From Planctomycetota bacterium (GTDB lineage Bacteria; Planctomycetota; PLA2; JAEUHO01): a stretch of DNA of 64,000 nt. Where the stretch lies: NCBI GenBank assembly GCA_964228555.1, contig CAXQZU010000040.1:47511-111510 (forward strand). The letters are read 5' to 3'. This document shows positions 47,385 through 56,856 of this stretch, piece by piece (within the stretch, counting starts at the first letter, position 1; every line of letters begins with the position of its first letter). The translations under genes and the position numbers were made by a program. The notes beneath the pieces are model-generated. The model did no database searches. It was not told the DNA's origin and saw nothing but the letters and a program-made list of their open reading frames with translations.

Positions 47385-49835
47385 ATGCCCATCCCTCCCC
47401 GGCCGGCCCTGCCGCCCCTGCCCCCCGACAGGCTGCGCCGGCGCTGCCCACCCGAGAGCCTGCCCTTCGAGACCACGGCGACACTCGAGCCCCTGGCCCA
47501 TCCGCTGGGGCAGGAGCGCGCGCTGGAAGCCCTGCGCTTCGGCACGGGCATCCAGCGCGAGGGCTTCAACATGTTCGCGATGGGCCCGGCAGACACGGGG
47601 CGGCAGGCCATCGTGCGGGCCATGCTGGAGGAGCGGGCCGCCCGCGAGCCGGTGCCAGACGACATCTGCTACGTGCTCGACTTCCACCGGCCGCACCGGC
47701 CCAAGGCGCTGCGCCTGCCGGCGGGCCGCGCGCGCGTGCTGGAACGCGACATGGCCGGCCTTGTCGAGGACCTGCGCAACGCCATCCCGTCGGCGATGGA
47801 GGGCGAGGAGCAGCGGCGCCGCAAGGAGGCGCTGGCCGATGAGTTCAAGGAACGCCACGGCAAGCAGCTGGAGTCGTTGCGCGTCGCCGCCGAGGCGGCG
47901 GGTCTGGGCCTGCTGCGCACGCCGCTGGGCTACGGCTTCGCGCCGCTCGCGGACGGCGCAGTGCTGGCCCCCGACCAGTACCAGAAGCTCCCCGCAGAGG
48001 AGCGCCAGCGCCGCGAGGCCGAGAGCGAGCGCTTCGAGCGCCAGCTGCACGAGATCCTCGCGGAGGCGCCACGCATGGAGCGCGAGCTGCGCGCGCGCGT
48101 CAAGGAGCTGGTCCGGCAGGCGCTGCTACGCGCCGTGCAGCCGCTGGTCGAGGCCGTCGCACGACGCCATGCCGACCTGCCAGCCGTGGTGGAGCACCTG
48201 CAGGCCCTGCAGGAGGACGTGCTGGAGCACGCCGACGATTTCCTGCATGCCCCCGAGGGCCCGGGCCCGGCCCTGCTGGCCGCGCTGGAGCCCGGGCTGG
48301 ACGGCGCAACGGGGCCCCTGCGGCGCTACGGCGTCAACATCGTGGTGGACCACGCCGAGACCCGCGGCGCGCCCGTGGTGCAGGAAGACCACCCCACCTA
48401 CCAGAACCTGGTGGGCCGCGTGGAGTATGTGGCGCACCTTGGCGCGCTGACCACCGACTTCCGGCTCGTGAAGGGCGGCGCCCTGCACCGTGCCCACGGT
48501 GGCTACCTGCTGCTGGACGCGCGCGACCTCGTGCTGCAGCCCTATGCGTGGGAAGGCCTGCGCCGGGCCCTGCGATCCGGCGAGATCCGCATCGAGTCGC
48601 TGGGCCAGATGCTCAGCCTCGTGAGCACCACGACGCTGGAGCCCGAGCCGGTGCCTCTGGCGGTGAAGGTGGTGCTGCTGGGCGAGCGCTCGCTCTACTA
48701 CCTCATGGACGCCCTTGAGCCGGACTTCCACCGCCTGTTCAAGGTCGCCGCCGACTTCGAGGACGACCTGCCCTGGGACGAGGGCAGCGACCTCGCCTAC
48801 GCACGGCTGGTGGCCGGCCTGGTGCGGCGCGAGCGCCTGCACCCCCTGCGCCGCGAGGCTGTCGCGGCCGTGATCGAGCAGGCGGCGCGGCTGGGCGAGG
48901 ACGCGACCCGCCTCACCGCGCGCGTGGAGGCCATTGGCGACCTGCTGCGCGAGGCCGACCACGCCGCGCGCGCGCACGGGCGCGAGCTGGTGCAGGCCTG
49001 CGACGTGGAGCAGGCCATCGCGCAGCAGCAACGCAGGCAGGGACGGCTGCAGGAGCGGGTGCTGGACGAGATCCGCCGCGGCACGCTGCTCATCGACACC
49101 GAGGGCCGCAAGGTGGGCCAGGTCAACGGCCTCGTGCTGAGCCAGCTGGGCCACGCCAGCTTCGGGCGCCCGGGCCGCATCACGGCCCGCGTGCGCCTGG
49201 GCAAGGGGCAGGTGGTGGACATCGAGCGCGAGGTGGAGCTGGGCGGGCCGCTGCACAGCAAGGGCGTGCTGCTGCTGGCCGGCTTCCTCGGCGCGCGCTA
49301 TGCCACCGAGCAGGCCCTGTCGCTGGAGGCCACGCTGGCCTTCGAGCAGTCCTACGGACCCGTGGACGGCGACAGCGCCAGCACCGCCGAGCTCGTGGCG
49401 CTGCTGTCGGCGATCGCCGACGTCCCGCTGCGGCAGGACCTGGCGTTGACCGGCTCGGTGAGCCAGGCCGGCCAGGTGCAGGCCGTGGGCGGCGTCAACG
49501 AGAAGGTGGAAGGCTTCTTCGACGTGTGCCGCGCGCGCGGCCTGACGGGCACGCAGGGCGTGCTGCTGCCGGCCAGCAACGTGCGCCACCTGATGCTGCG
49601 TCCCGACCTGGTGGAGGCAGCCGCCGCAGGGCGGTTCCACGTGCACGCCATCGCCACGGTGGACGAGGCGCTCGAGCTGCTCACGGGCCTGCCTGCCGGC
49701 GAGCGCGACGCGCAAGGACGCTGGACCCCCGGCTCGGTCAACGCCCGCGTGGAGGAACGCCTGCTGGCCCTGGCAGCACGCCGCTCCCGGCTGGCGCGCG
49801 AGCAAGCCATGCCCCTGCCGGGCGCGTCGCCTTGA
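47385..49835 (+). CDS. Lon-like (S16) protease with degenerate AAA domain (YcbZ/LonB-like)
   Basis: GQERA, GALHRAHGGYL, GQVNGL, DIERE...HSKG, EQSYG.VDGDSAS (Ser), GGVNEK (Lys); degenerate Walker A MGPADTGR. Confidence 0.9.
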   Translation: MPIPPRPALPPLPPDRLRRRCPPESLPFETTATLEPLAHPLGQERALEALRFGTGIQREGFNMFAMGPADTGRQAIVRAMLEERAAREPVPDDICYVLDFHRPHRPKALRLPAGRARVLERDMAGLVEDLRNAIPSAMEGEEQRRRKEALADEFKERHGKQLESLRVAAEAAGLGLLRTPLGYGFAPLADGAVLAPDQYQKLPAEERQRREAESERFERQLHEILAEAPRMERELRARVKELVRQALLRAVQPLVEAVARRHADLPAVVEHLQALQEDVLEHADDFLHAPEGPGPALLAALEPGLDGATGPLRRYGVNIVVDHAETRGAPVVQEDHPTYQNLVGRVEYVAHLGALTTDFRLVKGGALHRAHGGYLLLDARDLVLQPYAWEGLRRALRSGEIRIESLGQMLSLVSTTTLEPEPVPLAVKVVLLGERSLYYLMDALEPDFHRLFKVAADFEDDLPWDEGSDLAYARLVAGLVRRERLHPLRREAVAAVIEQAARLGEDATRLTARVEAIGDLLREADHAARAHGRELVQACDVEQAIAQQQRRQGRLQERVLDEIRRGTLLIDTEGRKVGQVNGLVLSQLGHASFGRPGRITARVRLGKGQVVDIEREVELGGPLHSKGVLLLAGFLGARYATEQALSLEATLAFEQSYGPVDGDSASTAELVALLSAIADVPLRQDLALTGSVSQAGQVQAVGGVNEKVEGFFDVCRARGLTGTQGVLLPASNVRHLMLRPDLVEAAAAGRFHVHAIATVDEALELLTGLPAGERDAQGRWTPGSVNARVEERLLALAARRSRLAREQAMPLPGASP

Positions 49836-49907
49836 GGCCCCGGTGCGCCGGGCGCGGCGGGGCTGCGGAGCAGGCCCGCGCGGCGGGCCCGGTGGCACAA
49901 TCCTGCC

Positions 49908-50333
49908 ATGGCCCCCGCGTTCCGCATGCTGCCCCACACGGCCGATGCGGCCTTCGAGGTGACTGCGCCCTCGTGGGAGGCGCTGGTGCACGAGGCCACC
50001 GTGGCGCTGGGCGAGGTCCTGCGGCCCCATGCGGGCGAGCCCGTCTCGCGTGACCTGCCGCTGTCCGTGACGGGAGCCGACCGCGAGGACCTGCTGGTGG
50101 CCTGGCTCACGCAAGCCTTGCTGGCCTACGAGCAGCACGGCTCGGTGCCCCGCGGCGCCCGCCTCGTGCGCGTGGAGGCGGGCCGCCTCGAGGGCCACCT
50201 GCTGGCCCAGCCCACCGATCCACGGCGTGAGCCTCCCGACCGCGTGGTCAAGGCCGTCACCTACCACGACCTGCGCGTGGAGCCGGGCAGCGAGGCGAGC
50301 CCGTGGCGCGCGGTCGTGGTGCTGGACCTCTGA
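49908..50333 (+). CDS. archease
   Basis: HTAD, VKAVTYH, terminal VVLDL; directly upstream of rtcB. Confidence 0.92.
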   Translation: MAPAFRMLPHTADAAFEVTAPSWEALVHEATVALGEVLRPHAGEPVSRDLPLSVTGADREDLLVAWLTQALLAYEQHGSVPRGARLVRVEAGRLEGHLLAQPTDPRREPPDRVVKAVTYHDLRVEPGSEASPWRAVVVLDL

Positions 50334-51775
50334 TGCAGCCCGGCCCGGTGCACGTGGAACCCATCGACGGCCTGCGCTGGCGCGTGCGCCGCGAGGGCCC
50401 GATGCGCGTGGAGGGCGTGGTCTACGCCGACGCCGCCCTGCTGGCCCGCATGCACGACGAGAAGGCGCTGGAGCAGGTGCGCAACGTGGCCTGCCTGCCC
50501 GGCATCGTGGGCGCCTCGCTGGGGATGCCCGACCTCCACTGGGGCTACGGCTTCCCGATCGGCGGGGTGGCCGCCTTCGATCCGGCCACGGGCGTGATCA
50601 GCCCGGGCGGCGTGGGCTACGACATCAACTGCGGCGTGCGGCTGCTGGCCAGCGCCCAGCCCGCCGAGGCCGTGGCCGCGCGGCGGCAGGCGCTGGCCGA
50701 GGCGCTGGACCACGAGGTGCCCAGCGGCATGGGCTCGGCGCGCGAGGACCTCGTGCTGGACGAGGCCAGCCTGGACGCCGTGCTGCGCGAGGGCGCACGC
50801 TGGGCCGTGGCGCGCGGATGGGGCAACCCCGCCGACCTCGAGCACACGGAGGAGGGCGGCGTGCTGCCGGGCGCCGCGGTGCAGGAGGTGTCCGCCACCG
50901 CGCGTCGCCGCGGACGCGACCAGCTGGGCACGCTGGGCTCGGGCAACCACTTCCTCGAGGTGGACCGCGTGGCCGAGGTCTACGACGAGGCGGCTGCGCA
51001 GGCGATGGGCCTCGTGCAGGGCGCCACCGCCGTCCTCATCCATTGCGGCAGCCGCGGGCTCGGGCACCAGGTGTGCACGGACTTCCTGCCGGTGATGCGT
51101 GCCAGCGCGACGGCCCACGGCATCGACCTGCCCGACCCGCAGCTGGCCTGCGCACCGTTCCGCTCGCCGGAGGCGCAGCGCTACTACGGCGCGATGCGCG
51201 CTGCAGTGAACTTCGCCTTCGCCAACCGGCAGGTGATCGCCGACCGCGTGCGGCGCGCCTTCGCTCGCGTCGTGGGCCCGCAGGCGACGCTGCACCAGGT
51301 CTATGATGTCTGCCACAACATCGCCAAGCTCGAGCGCCACGTGGTGGACGGCGTGGAGCGCGAGCTGCTCGTGCACCGCAAGGGCGCCACGCGCGCCTTC
51401 CCGCCCGGCCACCCGCTCACGCCAGCCGCCTACCGCGCCTCGGGCCAGCCCGTGATCGTGCCCGGCGACATGGGCCGGTACTCCTTCGTGCTGGTGGGCC
51501 AGGACGGCGCGTGGCGCGAGACCTTCGGCTCGTGCTGCCACGGGGCCGGCCGGCTGCAGAGCCGCACGCGCGCCCAGGCTGACACGCGACAGCGCAACGT
51601 GCTGCAGGAGCTGGAGCAGCGCGGCATCGCCGTGCGTGCCGCCAGCCGTCGCACGGTGGACGAGGAACATCCGGGCGCCTACAAGGACGTGGCCGAGGTG
51701 GTCGGCGTGGTGGCCCGCGCCGGCCTGGCCCGCCTGGTGGCGCGGCTCGAGCCCTTCGTCGTGATCAAGGGCTAG
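50333..51775 (+). CDS. rtcB: RNA 2',3'-cyclic phosphate/5'-OH ligase RtcB (archaeal-type)
   Basis: MPDLHWGYGFPIGG, GYDINCG, GTLGSGNHFLE, HCGSRG, HRKGAT, PGDMG, HGAGR, AYKDV; TGATG overlap with archease. Confidence 0.96.
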   Translation: MQPGPVHVEPIDGLRWRVRREGPMRVEGVVYADAALLARMHDEKALEQVRNVACLPGIVGASLGMPDLHWGYGFPIGGVAAFDPATGVISPGGVGYDINCGVRLLASAQPAEAVAARRQALAEALDHEVPSGMGSAREDLVLDEASLDAVLREGARWAVARGWGNPADLEHTEEGGVLPGAAVQEVSATARRRGRDQLGTLGSGNHFLEVDRVAEVYDEAAAQAMGLVQGATAVLIHCGSRGLGHQVCTDFLPVMRASATAHGIDLPDPQLACAPFRSPEAQRYYGAMRAAVNFAFANRQVIADRVRRAFARVVGPQATLHQVYDVCHNIAKLERHVVDGVERELLVHRKGATRAFPPGHPLTPAAYRASGQPVIVPGDMGRYSFVLVGQDGAWRETFGSCCHGAGRLQSRTRAQADTRQRNVLQELEQRGIAVRAASRRTVDEEHPGAYKDVAEVVGVVARAGLARLVARLEPFVVIKG

Positions 51776-51831
51776 ACCCGCCGGGCCTGCGGGCGATAGC
51801 CCTTTGTAAGCATGCATGCCCGTGGAATCGA

Positions 51832-51872
51832 GCACCTTGCCACCCGTTGGCAAGGTGCCCGGGCAAGGTGCC
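51832..51872. promoter_or_regulatory. inverted plus direct repeat upstream of the DUF4258-WYL pair (candidate operator)
   Basis: GCACCTTGCCA-cccgt-TGGCAAGGTGC perfect 11-bp IR, plus a second GGCAAGGTGCC 13 bp later. Confidence 0.55.
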
Positions 51873-51927
51873 GCCGCAGGCGCGACGGTGAACCCCACCG
51901 CCCGCGATCCGCGCATGGACCTGTCGC

Positions 51928-52320
51928 ATGGCCTGCCTCGAGCCCACCTCCCATGCGCCCAGCCTGCTGGAGCAGCAACCGCTTGCCAGCGGCATCGTCC
52001 TGACCGCGCATGCCCGCGCGCGCTGCGTGGAGCGGGGCGTGGGACCGCGTGAGCTCGAAGGCCTGCTGCTCGAGCCCTTCCTCTGCGGGCCTTGCCGCCT
52101 CCCCCACCGCCAGTGGCTGGTCGGCCCCTCGCTCTCGCCGCAGGGGCAGCGCCGCTGGCTGGCCGCGGTCGTGGAGGCCCGGGCCGGCCGGCTGGTGGTC
52201 GTGACCGTGTTCCGCGTGCGCAGCACGCCCTCCGCCGGCCTGCCGGCACCGCACCTGCGCCTGCGTGCGCGCGAGCGGCTGCGCCAGCGCAGCCTTGCGC
52301 GTGCAGGGGGAGATGCCTAG
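51928..52320 (+). CDS. DUF4258-like putative RNase (BrnT/RelE-fold)
   Basis: IVLTAHARARCVERGV...LAAVVE....LVVVTVF pattern; its end overlaps the next gene's start. Confidence 0.6.
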   Translation: MACLEPTSHAPSLLEQQPLASGIVLTAHARARCVERGVGPRELEGLLLEPFLCGPCRLPHRQWLVGPSLSPQGQRRWLAAVVEARAGRLVVVTVFRVRSTPSAGLPAPHLRLRARERLRQRSLARAGGDA

Positions 52321-53515
52321 CGTGGGGCAGGGCAAGCAAGGGTCGCGGCCGCGCGAGGGCGCCACGCCGCAAGCCGCGGAGGGACCGGACCACCCGATGG
52401 CCGCAGCACGCCGTGACGCACGCTCGCGCACCGACGCCCGCGGCCGCGCCCGTGCGGCGGCCCGCGACCGCAAGCGCCCCGCCATCGAGATGGCGCACCT
52501 GCGCCAGCTCATCGCGCTCGACCGCCTGTTGCGCACCGAGCGCTGCACCCGACGCGAGCTGGCCAGGCGGCTCTCGGACCGCACGGGCGTGCCCACCAGC
52601 GAGCGCAGCATCAGCCGCTACGTGGAGGAGCTGGACGAGCACTTCGGGCTGCGCGCGGAGTTCGACCGGGCCTCGGGCGGCTACCGCTACCGCGACCCGC
52701 GCAAGCGGCTGCCCGTGGGCCTGTTCCTGTCCACGGATGCGTGGCTGATGGCCGAGTGGATGGCCTCGGTGGTGGGCACCGACCCGGTGGCCCCGCGCGC
52801 GCTGCGCGAGGCCCTCGCGCAGCTGCGCGGCGGCCGGGTGGAGGCGCCCGTCCCGCGCACCCTGCGCACCACGCCGCGCCCCGTGCGCATCAAGTCCGCC
52901 GGCAACGTGCTGGACGCGGTGGAACGCTGGTGGCTGGCCGTGCACGACCAGCGCCTCGTCACCTTCGAGTACCCCGTGCGCGGCGACCGCGGCCGCACCG
53001 CAGCCCGCACCGTGGAGCCGCACGGCATCGCGTTCGTGGAGGGATGGTTCCAGCTGGACGGCTGGGACCGGCAGGCGGGAGACTGGCGCACCTTCCTGCC
53101 GACGCGCATGCGCTCCTTCGCCGAGAGCGGCGAGCGCTTCGTGCGGCGCGAATGGGATCCCGACGTGGTCTACGCGGGCGCGTTCCGCCGCAAGCGCGGC
53201 CCCGAGCAGCACCGCGTGCGCGTGCTGCTGGGCGCGCGCGTCGCCTTCATGGCAGAGGACATCGAGCAGCATCCCAGCCAGCGCATCGTCGAGCGCCGTG
53301 AGGACGGCAGCGTGGTCGTGGAGTGGCAGCTCTCCTACCTCTACGAGGTGCTCAACTGGGTGCTGTCGCTGGGTGCCGAGGCCGAGGCCCTGGAGCCGCC
53401 GCAGCTCGTCGAGCTCGTGCGCAGCAGCATCGGGGCCATGGCCCGCCGCTATGGGCTGGGGGCGCCGCACGCGGACGGCCACGACGGGCGCGCGCCGTCG
53501 CCCGGCCCACGCTGA
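52313..53515 (+). CDS. wHTH-WYL-WCX transcriptional regulator
   Basis: HTH (ELARRL...SERSISRYVEEL..GGYRY), WYL (VTFEY..RTVEPHGI....WFQL.GW......RTF...RM), WCX (HPSQ...WVLSLG.EAEALEP); start uncertain (52313 or 52397). Confidence 0.9.
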   Translation: MPSVGQGKQGSRPREGATPQAAEGPDHPMAAARRDARSRTDARGRARAAARDRKRPAIEMAHLRQLIALDRLLRTERCTRRELARRLSDRTGVPTSERSISRYVEELDEHFGLRAEFDRASGGYRYRDPRKRLPVGLFLSTDAWLMAEWMASVVGTDPVAPRALREALAQLRGGRVEAPVPRTLRTTPRPVRIKSAGNVLDAVERWWLAVHDQRLVTFEYPVRGDRGRTAARTVEPHGIAFVEGWFQLDGWDRQAGDWRTFLPTRMRSFAESGERFVRREWDPDVVYAGAFRRKRGPEQHRVRVLLGARVAFMAEDIEQHPSQRIVERREDGSVVVEWQLSYLYEVLNWVLSLGAEAEALEPPQLVELVRSSIGAMARRYGLGAPHADGHDGRAPSPGPR

Positions 53516-53548
53516 CGGCGCGGGCGCGCCGCTCGCGGGCGAGGGGGA

Positions 53549-53638
53549 TGGCGGAGAGGCAGGGATTCGAACCCTGGGTAGCCTTGCGACTACACCGGTT
53601 TTCGAAACCGGCCCGTTCGACCGCTCCGGCACCTCTCC
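53549..53638 (-). tRNA. tRNA-Ser(CGA)
   Basis: GGAGAGG acceptor, anticodon arm CCGGT-TTCGAAA-ACCGG, long variable arm, GGTTCGAATCC, encoded CCA. Confidence 0.96.
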
Positions 53639-53655
53639 GCGGCGGCGAAGCAGGG

Positions 53656-53684
53656 ACGGTAGGCACGCCCCACCGGCAGGTCAA
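53656..53684 (-). promoter_or_regulatory. sigma70-type promoter of tRNA-Ser(CGA)
   Basis: TTGACC-N17-TACCGT on the minus strand. Confidence 0.6.
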
Positions 53685-54187
53685 GCCGGGGTGGGCGCGT
53701 CGGGTCCGGGGTCCGCGCGTCGCGCCCGGAAGAAGGCGCGCAGCAGCCCGGCGCTCTCGTCGGCCAGCACGCCCATGCGGACCGGCAGCCGGTGGTTGAG
53801 GCGCGGGTCGCGCGGCACGTCGTAGAGGCTGCCCACGGCGCCAGCCTTCGGGTCGGGCGCCCCGAACACCAGCGCGCCCAGCCGCGCGTTCACGAGCGCG
53901 CCGGCGCACATCGTGCACGGCTCGAGCGTGACGTAGAGCGTGGCGTCCTCGAGGTGCCAGTCGCCCCGCGCACGCGCCGCCTCGCGCAGCACGAGCACCT
54001 CGGCATGCGCGGTCGGGTCGCGATCGCGCTCGCGCCGGTTGCCCGCGCGCGCCACCACGGCGCCCCCCACCACGAGCACGGCCCCGATGGGCACGTCGCC
54101 GGCCTCGGCGGCGGCGCGCGCCTCGGCCAGCGCCAGCGCCATCCACCGCGCGTCCTGCTCCGGGGCCCCCGGCGGCACCGCGGCCAT
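53681..54187 (-). CDS. tadA: tRNA adenosine(34) deaminase
   Basis: DVPIGAV, DPTAHAE, LYVTLEPCTMCAGA, DPKAGA, FF..RR. Confidence 0.95.
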   Translation of the reverse strand: MAAVPPGAPEQDARWMALALAEARAAAEAGDVPIGAVLVVGGAVVARAGNRRERDRDPTAHAEVLVLREAARARGDWHLEDATLYVTLEPCTMCAGALVNARLGALVFGAPDPKAGAVGSLYDVPRDPRLNHRLPVRMGVLADESAGLLRAFFRARRADPGPDAPTPA

Positions 54188-54194
54188 GCACGCC

Positions 54195-54734
54195 CTACGC
54201 CTGCGGTGCCGCGGGGGCGCGACGGTCGCGGCGGGCACAGCGCCCCTCGCGCAGCAACGACTCGCAGGCCACGAACAGCGTGAGGTGGTGCTCGCGGATG
54301 CGGAAGCCGTGGGCTGCTGCGGCCCGTTCCTGCAGGCGCTCGATGGCCTGGTCCTCGAACTCCACCACGGCACGGCAGTCCAGGCACACCATGTGGTCGT
54401 GGTGCTCCCGCTCGTGGCGGCGCTCGTAGCGCCGCTGGCCGCTCTGGAAGTCGTGGCCCTCGAGGATGCCCGCCTCCTCCAGCACGCCGAGGTTGCGGTA
54501 CACGGTGGCGAGGGCCACGGCGCGGCCTTCCTCGCGCAGGCGCGCGTGCAGCTCGTCGGCGGTGAAGTGCTCGCCGTGCGCCAGCGCCGCGCGCAGCAGG
54601 TCGAGGCGCTGCTGCGTCATCTTCTGCCCCTTGCGTCGCAGCCATGCCTCCAGCGCTCGCACGGCCGACTCGGGCGGCGGGGTCGAGGGCAGGGCGGCCG
54701 CAGCTCGGGTGGGCCGGGCGGGTCGGCGGGCCAT
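54195..54734 (-). CDS. fur: Fur-family transcriptional regulator
   Basis: MTQQR, HFTADEL, LATVYRNL, HHDHMVCLDC, HHLTLFVACESL. Confidence 0.92.
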   Translation of the reverse strand: MARRPARPTRAAAALPSTPPPESAVRALEAWLRRKGQKMTQQRLDLLRAALAHGEHFTADELHARLREEGRAVALATVYRNLGVLEEAGILEGHDFQSGQRRYERRHEREHHDHMVCLDCRAVVEFEDQAIERLQERAAAAHGFRIREHHLTLFVACESLLREGRCARRDRRAPAAPQA

Positions 54735-54787
54735 GCGCGCAGGATACCCGCGCCGCGCCAGCGCCGCGCCGGTGCGCGCGGCGGGCC

Positions 54788-55565
54788 CTACTTCACGGCC
54801 TCGAGCATGCCCAGCACGCGCACCACCTGCGCGTGCACGGCCGCCGGCGCCCGCACGACCAGGTCGCGCGCCGTGGCGCGCAGGCTCCAGCCCGCCTCGT
54901 CCCACCGGCCCGGTGCCACCAGGCGCTGCACGAGGTCCAGCACCTGTTCCGGGGAAGCCAGGGCATCGCCCGGCACCGGCATCTCGGGCACGGTCACCGG
55001 CGCCGCACCCCCCTCGGGCCGCAGGCCGACCTGCGGCCCCGGGAAGTCCACCTTCACCCACAGCAGGTGCGCGAGCCCGTAGCGCCGCGTCAGCAGCGGG
55101 CCCTCGGCGGCCGAGCGCGTCGTGATCCACACGAGCGTGTCCTGCACGCGCAGGGCGAGGCCGTGCGCCTCCAGCACGACATCCAGCAACGTGCGCACCG
55201 ACACGTCGTCGAGCCGTGCCGACACGCGCACCGTGTCCGCATCGATGCCTGCCTCGGCCAGGGCGCGCGCATCCAGCGCCCAGGCCCAGCCCGTCGCCGT
55301 GCGCAGCCAGCGCACCAGCGCAGGCAGCGGCAGGTCCTCCAGCTCGACGCGCGCGAGGCGCGTGGTGCGCAGCGCCGTCCGCAGCGCCTCGCCACGCGGG
55401 CGCAGGCTGCAGGGCCTGCCCGCCACGACGCCGCGTGCGATGGGCTGCGCACCCGCCTCCCCGGCCTGCGCGCGGCCCCCGGGCACGCCCGCGGCCAGCA
55501 GCGCGGCGAGCAGGGCGCAGGCGCCGCGGAGGGGGGTGGCGCCTAGGCGCGTGGCCCGCCCCCAC
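54788..55565 (-). CDS. hypothetical exported protein (STN/secretin-N-like domains); start unresolved, possible frameshift
   Basis: Signal-like LRGACALLAALLAAG, then VELEDLPL..LV.WL...VSARLDDVSV.TLLDVVL, TRRY.L, LVVRAP..VH.QV..VL; no in-frame ATG before the signal. Confidence 0.55.
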
Positions 55566-56856
55566 GCACGGGGCCCGGCGTGCGCAGCGCACGCATGGCG
55601 ATGTCGCGCCGCGCATACGCACCCTCGAAGCGGATGCTGTCCACGGCGGCATAGGCGCGGTCGCGGGCCTCGCCGTGGCCCGCGCCCAGCGCGGTCACGC
55701 ACAGCACGCGGCCGCCCGAGGTCACCACGCCGTCGTCCTTGGCCCGCGTGCCCGCGTGGTAGACGGTCACGCCCGGCAGGCGGCCCGCATCGTCCAGCCC
55801 GTGGATCACCTTGCCGGACGCGTACGCGTCCGGGTAGCCCGCGGAGGCCAGAACCACGCCCACCGCGGCCTGCTCGTCCACCTCGAGGGCTGGAAGGTCC
55901 TTGAGGCGACCGGCCGCGGCCAGCTCCAGGAGCGAGAGCACGTCGGTCTTGAGGCGCGGCAGGATGACCTCGGTCTCGGGATCGCCGAAGCGGCAGTTGA
56001 ACTCCAGCACGCGCGCGCCACCCTTGGTGAACATCAGGCCGGCGAAGAGCACGCCGCGGAACACGATGCCGTCCCGCTTCAGCCCGTCGATGGTCGGGAT
56101 CAGGATCTTGTGCAGCACCTTGTCCAGCGCCGGGCCCTCGGCGATCGGGGCCGGGCTGTACGCGCCCATCCCGCCCGTGTTCTTGCCCGTGTCGCCCTCG
56201 CCGATGCGCTTGTGGTCTTGCGCCGTCGGCAGCACCACCAGCGTCTCGCCGTCGGTGACCACGTGCACCGAGGCCTCCTCGCCGCGCAAGAACTCCTCGA
56301 TCACCACCTTGGCGCCCGCGTCGCCGAACTGGCGCTGGCGCATGCAGGCCTCGACCGCCGCCACGGCCTCGGCCGTGGTCTCGCACACGGTCACGCCCTT
56401 GCCGGCCGCCAGGCCGTCGGCCTTCACCACCAGCGGGTAGGCCTCGGCGTGCGTGACATGGTGCAGGGCCTCCTGCACATCGCTGAACTCCCGGTAGGCG
56501 GCCGTCGGGATGTTGTGCCGGTGCATGAAGTCCTTGGCGAACGCCTTGCTGCCCTCCAGCTGCGCTGCGTCGCGGCGCGGCCCGAACACCTTGAGCCGCT
56601 CGGCCTCGAAACGGTCCGCCAGCCCACCCACCAGCGGCACCTCGGGGCCCACCACCGTCAGGTCCACCTGCTCCCGCCGGGCAAACTCCAGCAGGCCGTC
56701 GATGTCGGTGGCCTGCAGCTCGGGCAGGCACGTGGCCACCTGCGCGATGCCGCCGTTGCCGGGGGCGCACCACAGGCGCGTGAGCCGGGGGCTCTTGCGC
56801 AGGGCCTGGCACAGGGCGTGCTCCCGACCGCCCGAGCCGACGACGAGCACCTTCAC
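55543..56856 (-). CDS. purD: phosphoribosylamine--glycine ligase
   Basis: VLVVGSGGREHAL, VVGPEVPL, KADGLAAGKGV, QDHKR...NTGGMGAY, EFNCRFGDPE, TSGGRVL. Confidence 0.97.
   Translation of the reverse strand: MKVLVVGSGGREHALCQALRKSPRLTRLWCAPGNGGIAQVATCLPELQATDIDGLLEFARREQVDLTVVGPEVPLVGGLADRFEAERLKVFGPRRDAAQLEGSKAFAKDFMHRHNIPTAAYREFSDVQEALHHVTHAEAYPLVVKADGLAAGKGVTVCETTAEAVAAVEACMRQRQFGDAGAKVVIEEFLRGEEASVHVVTDGETLVVLPTAQDHKRIGEGDTGKNTGGMGAYSPAPIAEGPALDKVLHKILIPTIDGLKRDGIVFRGVLFAGLMFTKGGARVLEFNCRFGDPETEVILPRLKTDVLSLLELAAAGRLKDLPALEVDEQAAVGVVLASAGYPDAYASGKVIHGLDDAGRLPGVTVYHAGTRAKDDGVVTSGGRVLCVTALGAGHGEARDRAYAAVDSIRFEGAYARRDIAMRALRTPGPVRGGGPRA

Noticed and set aside
15554-53638. Direct repeat TGGCGGAGAGG at both tRNA-Ser genes as possible attL/attR of a 38-kb island
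   Set aside because: Both are complete tRNAs with different anticodons. No integrase is present and the intervening genes are housekeeping.
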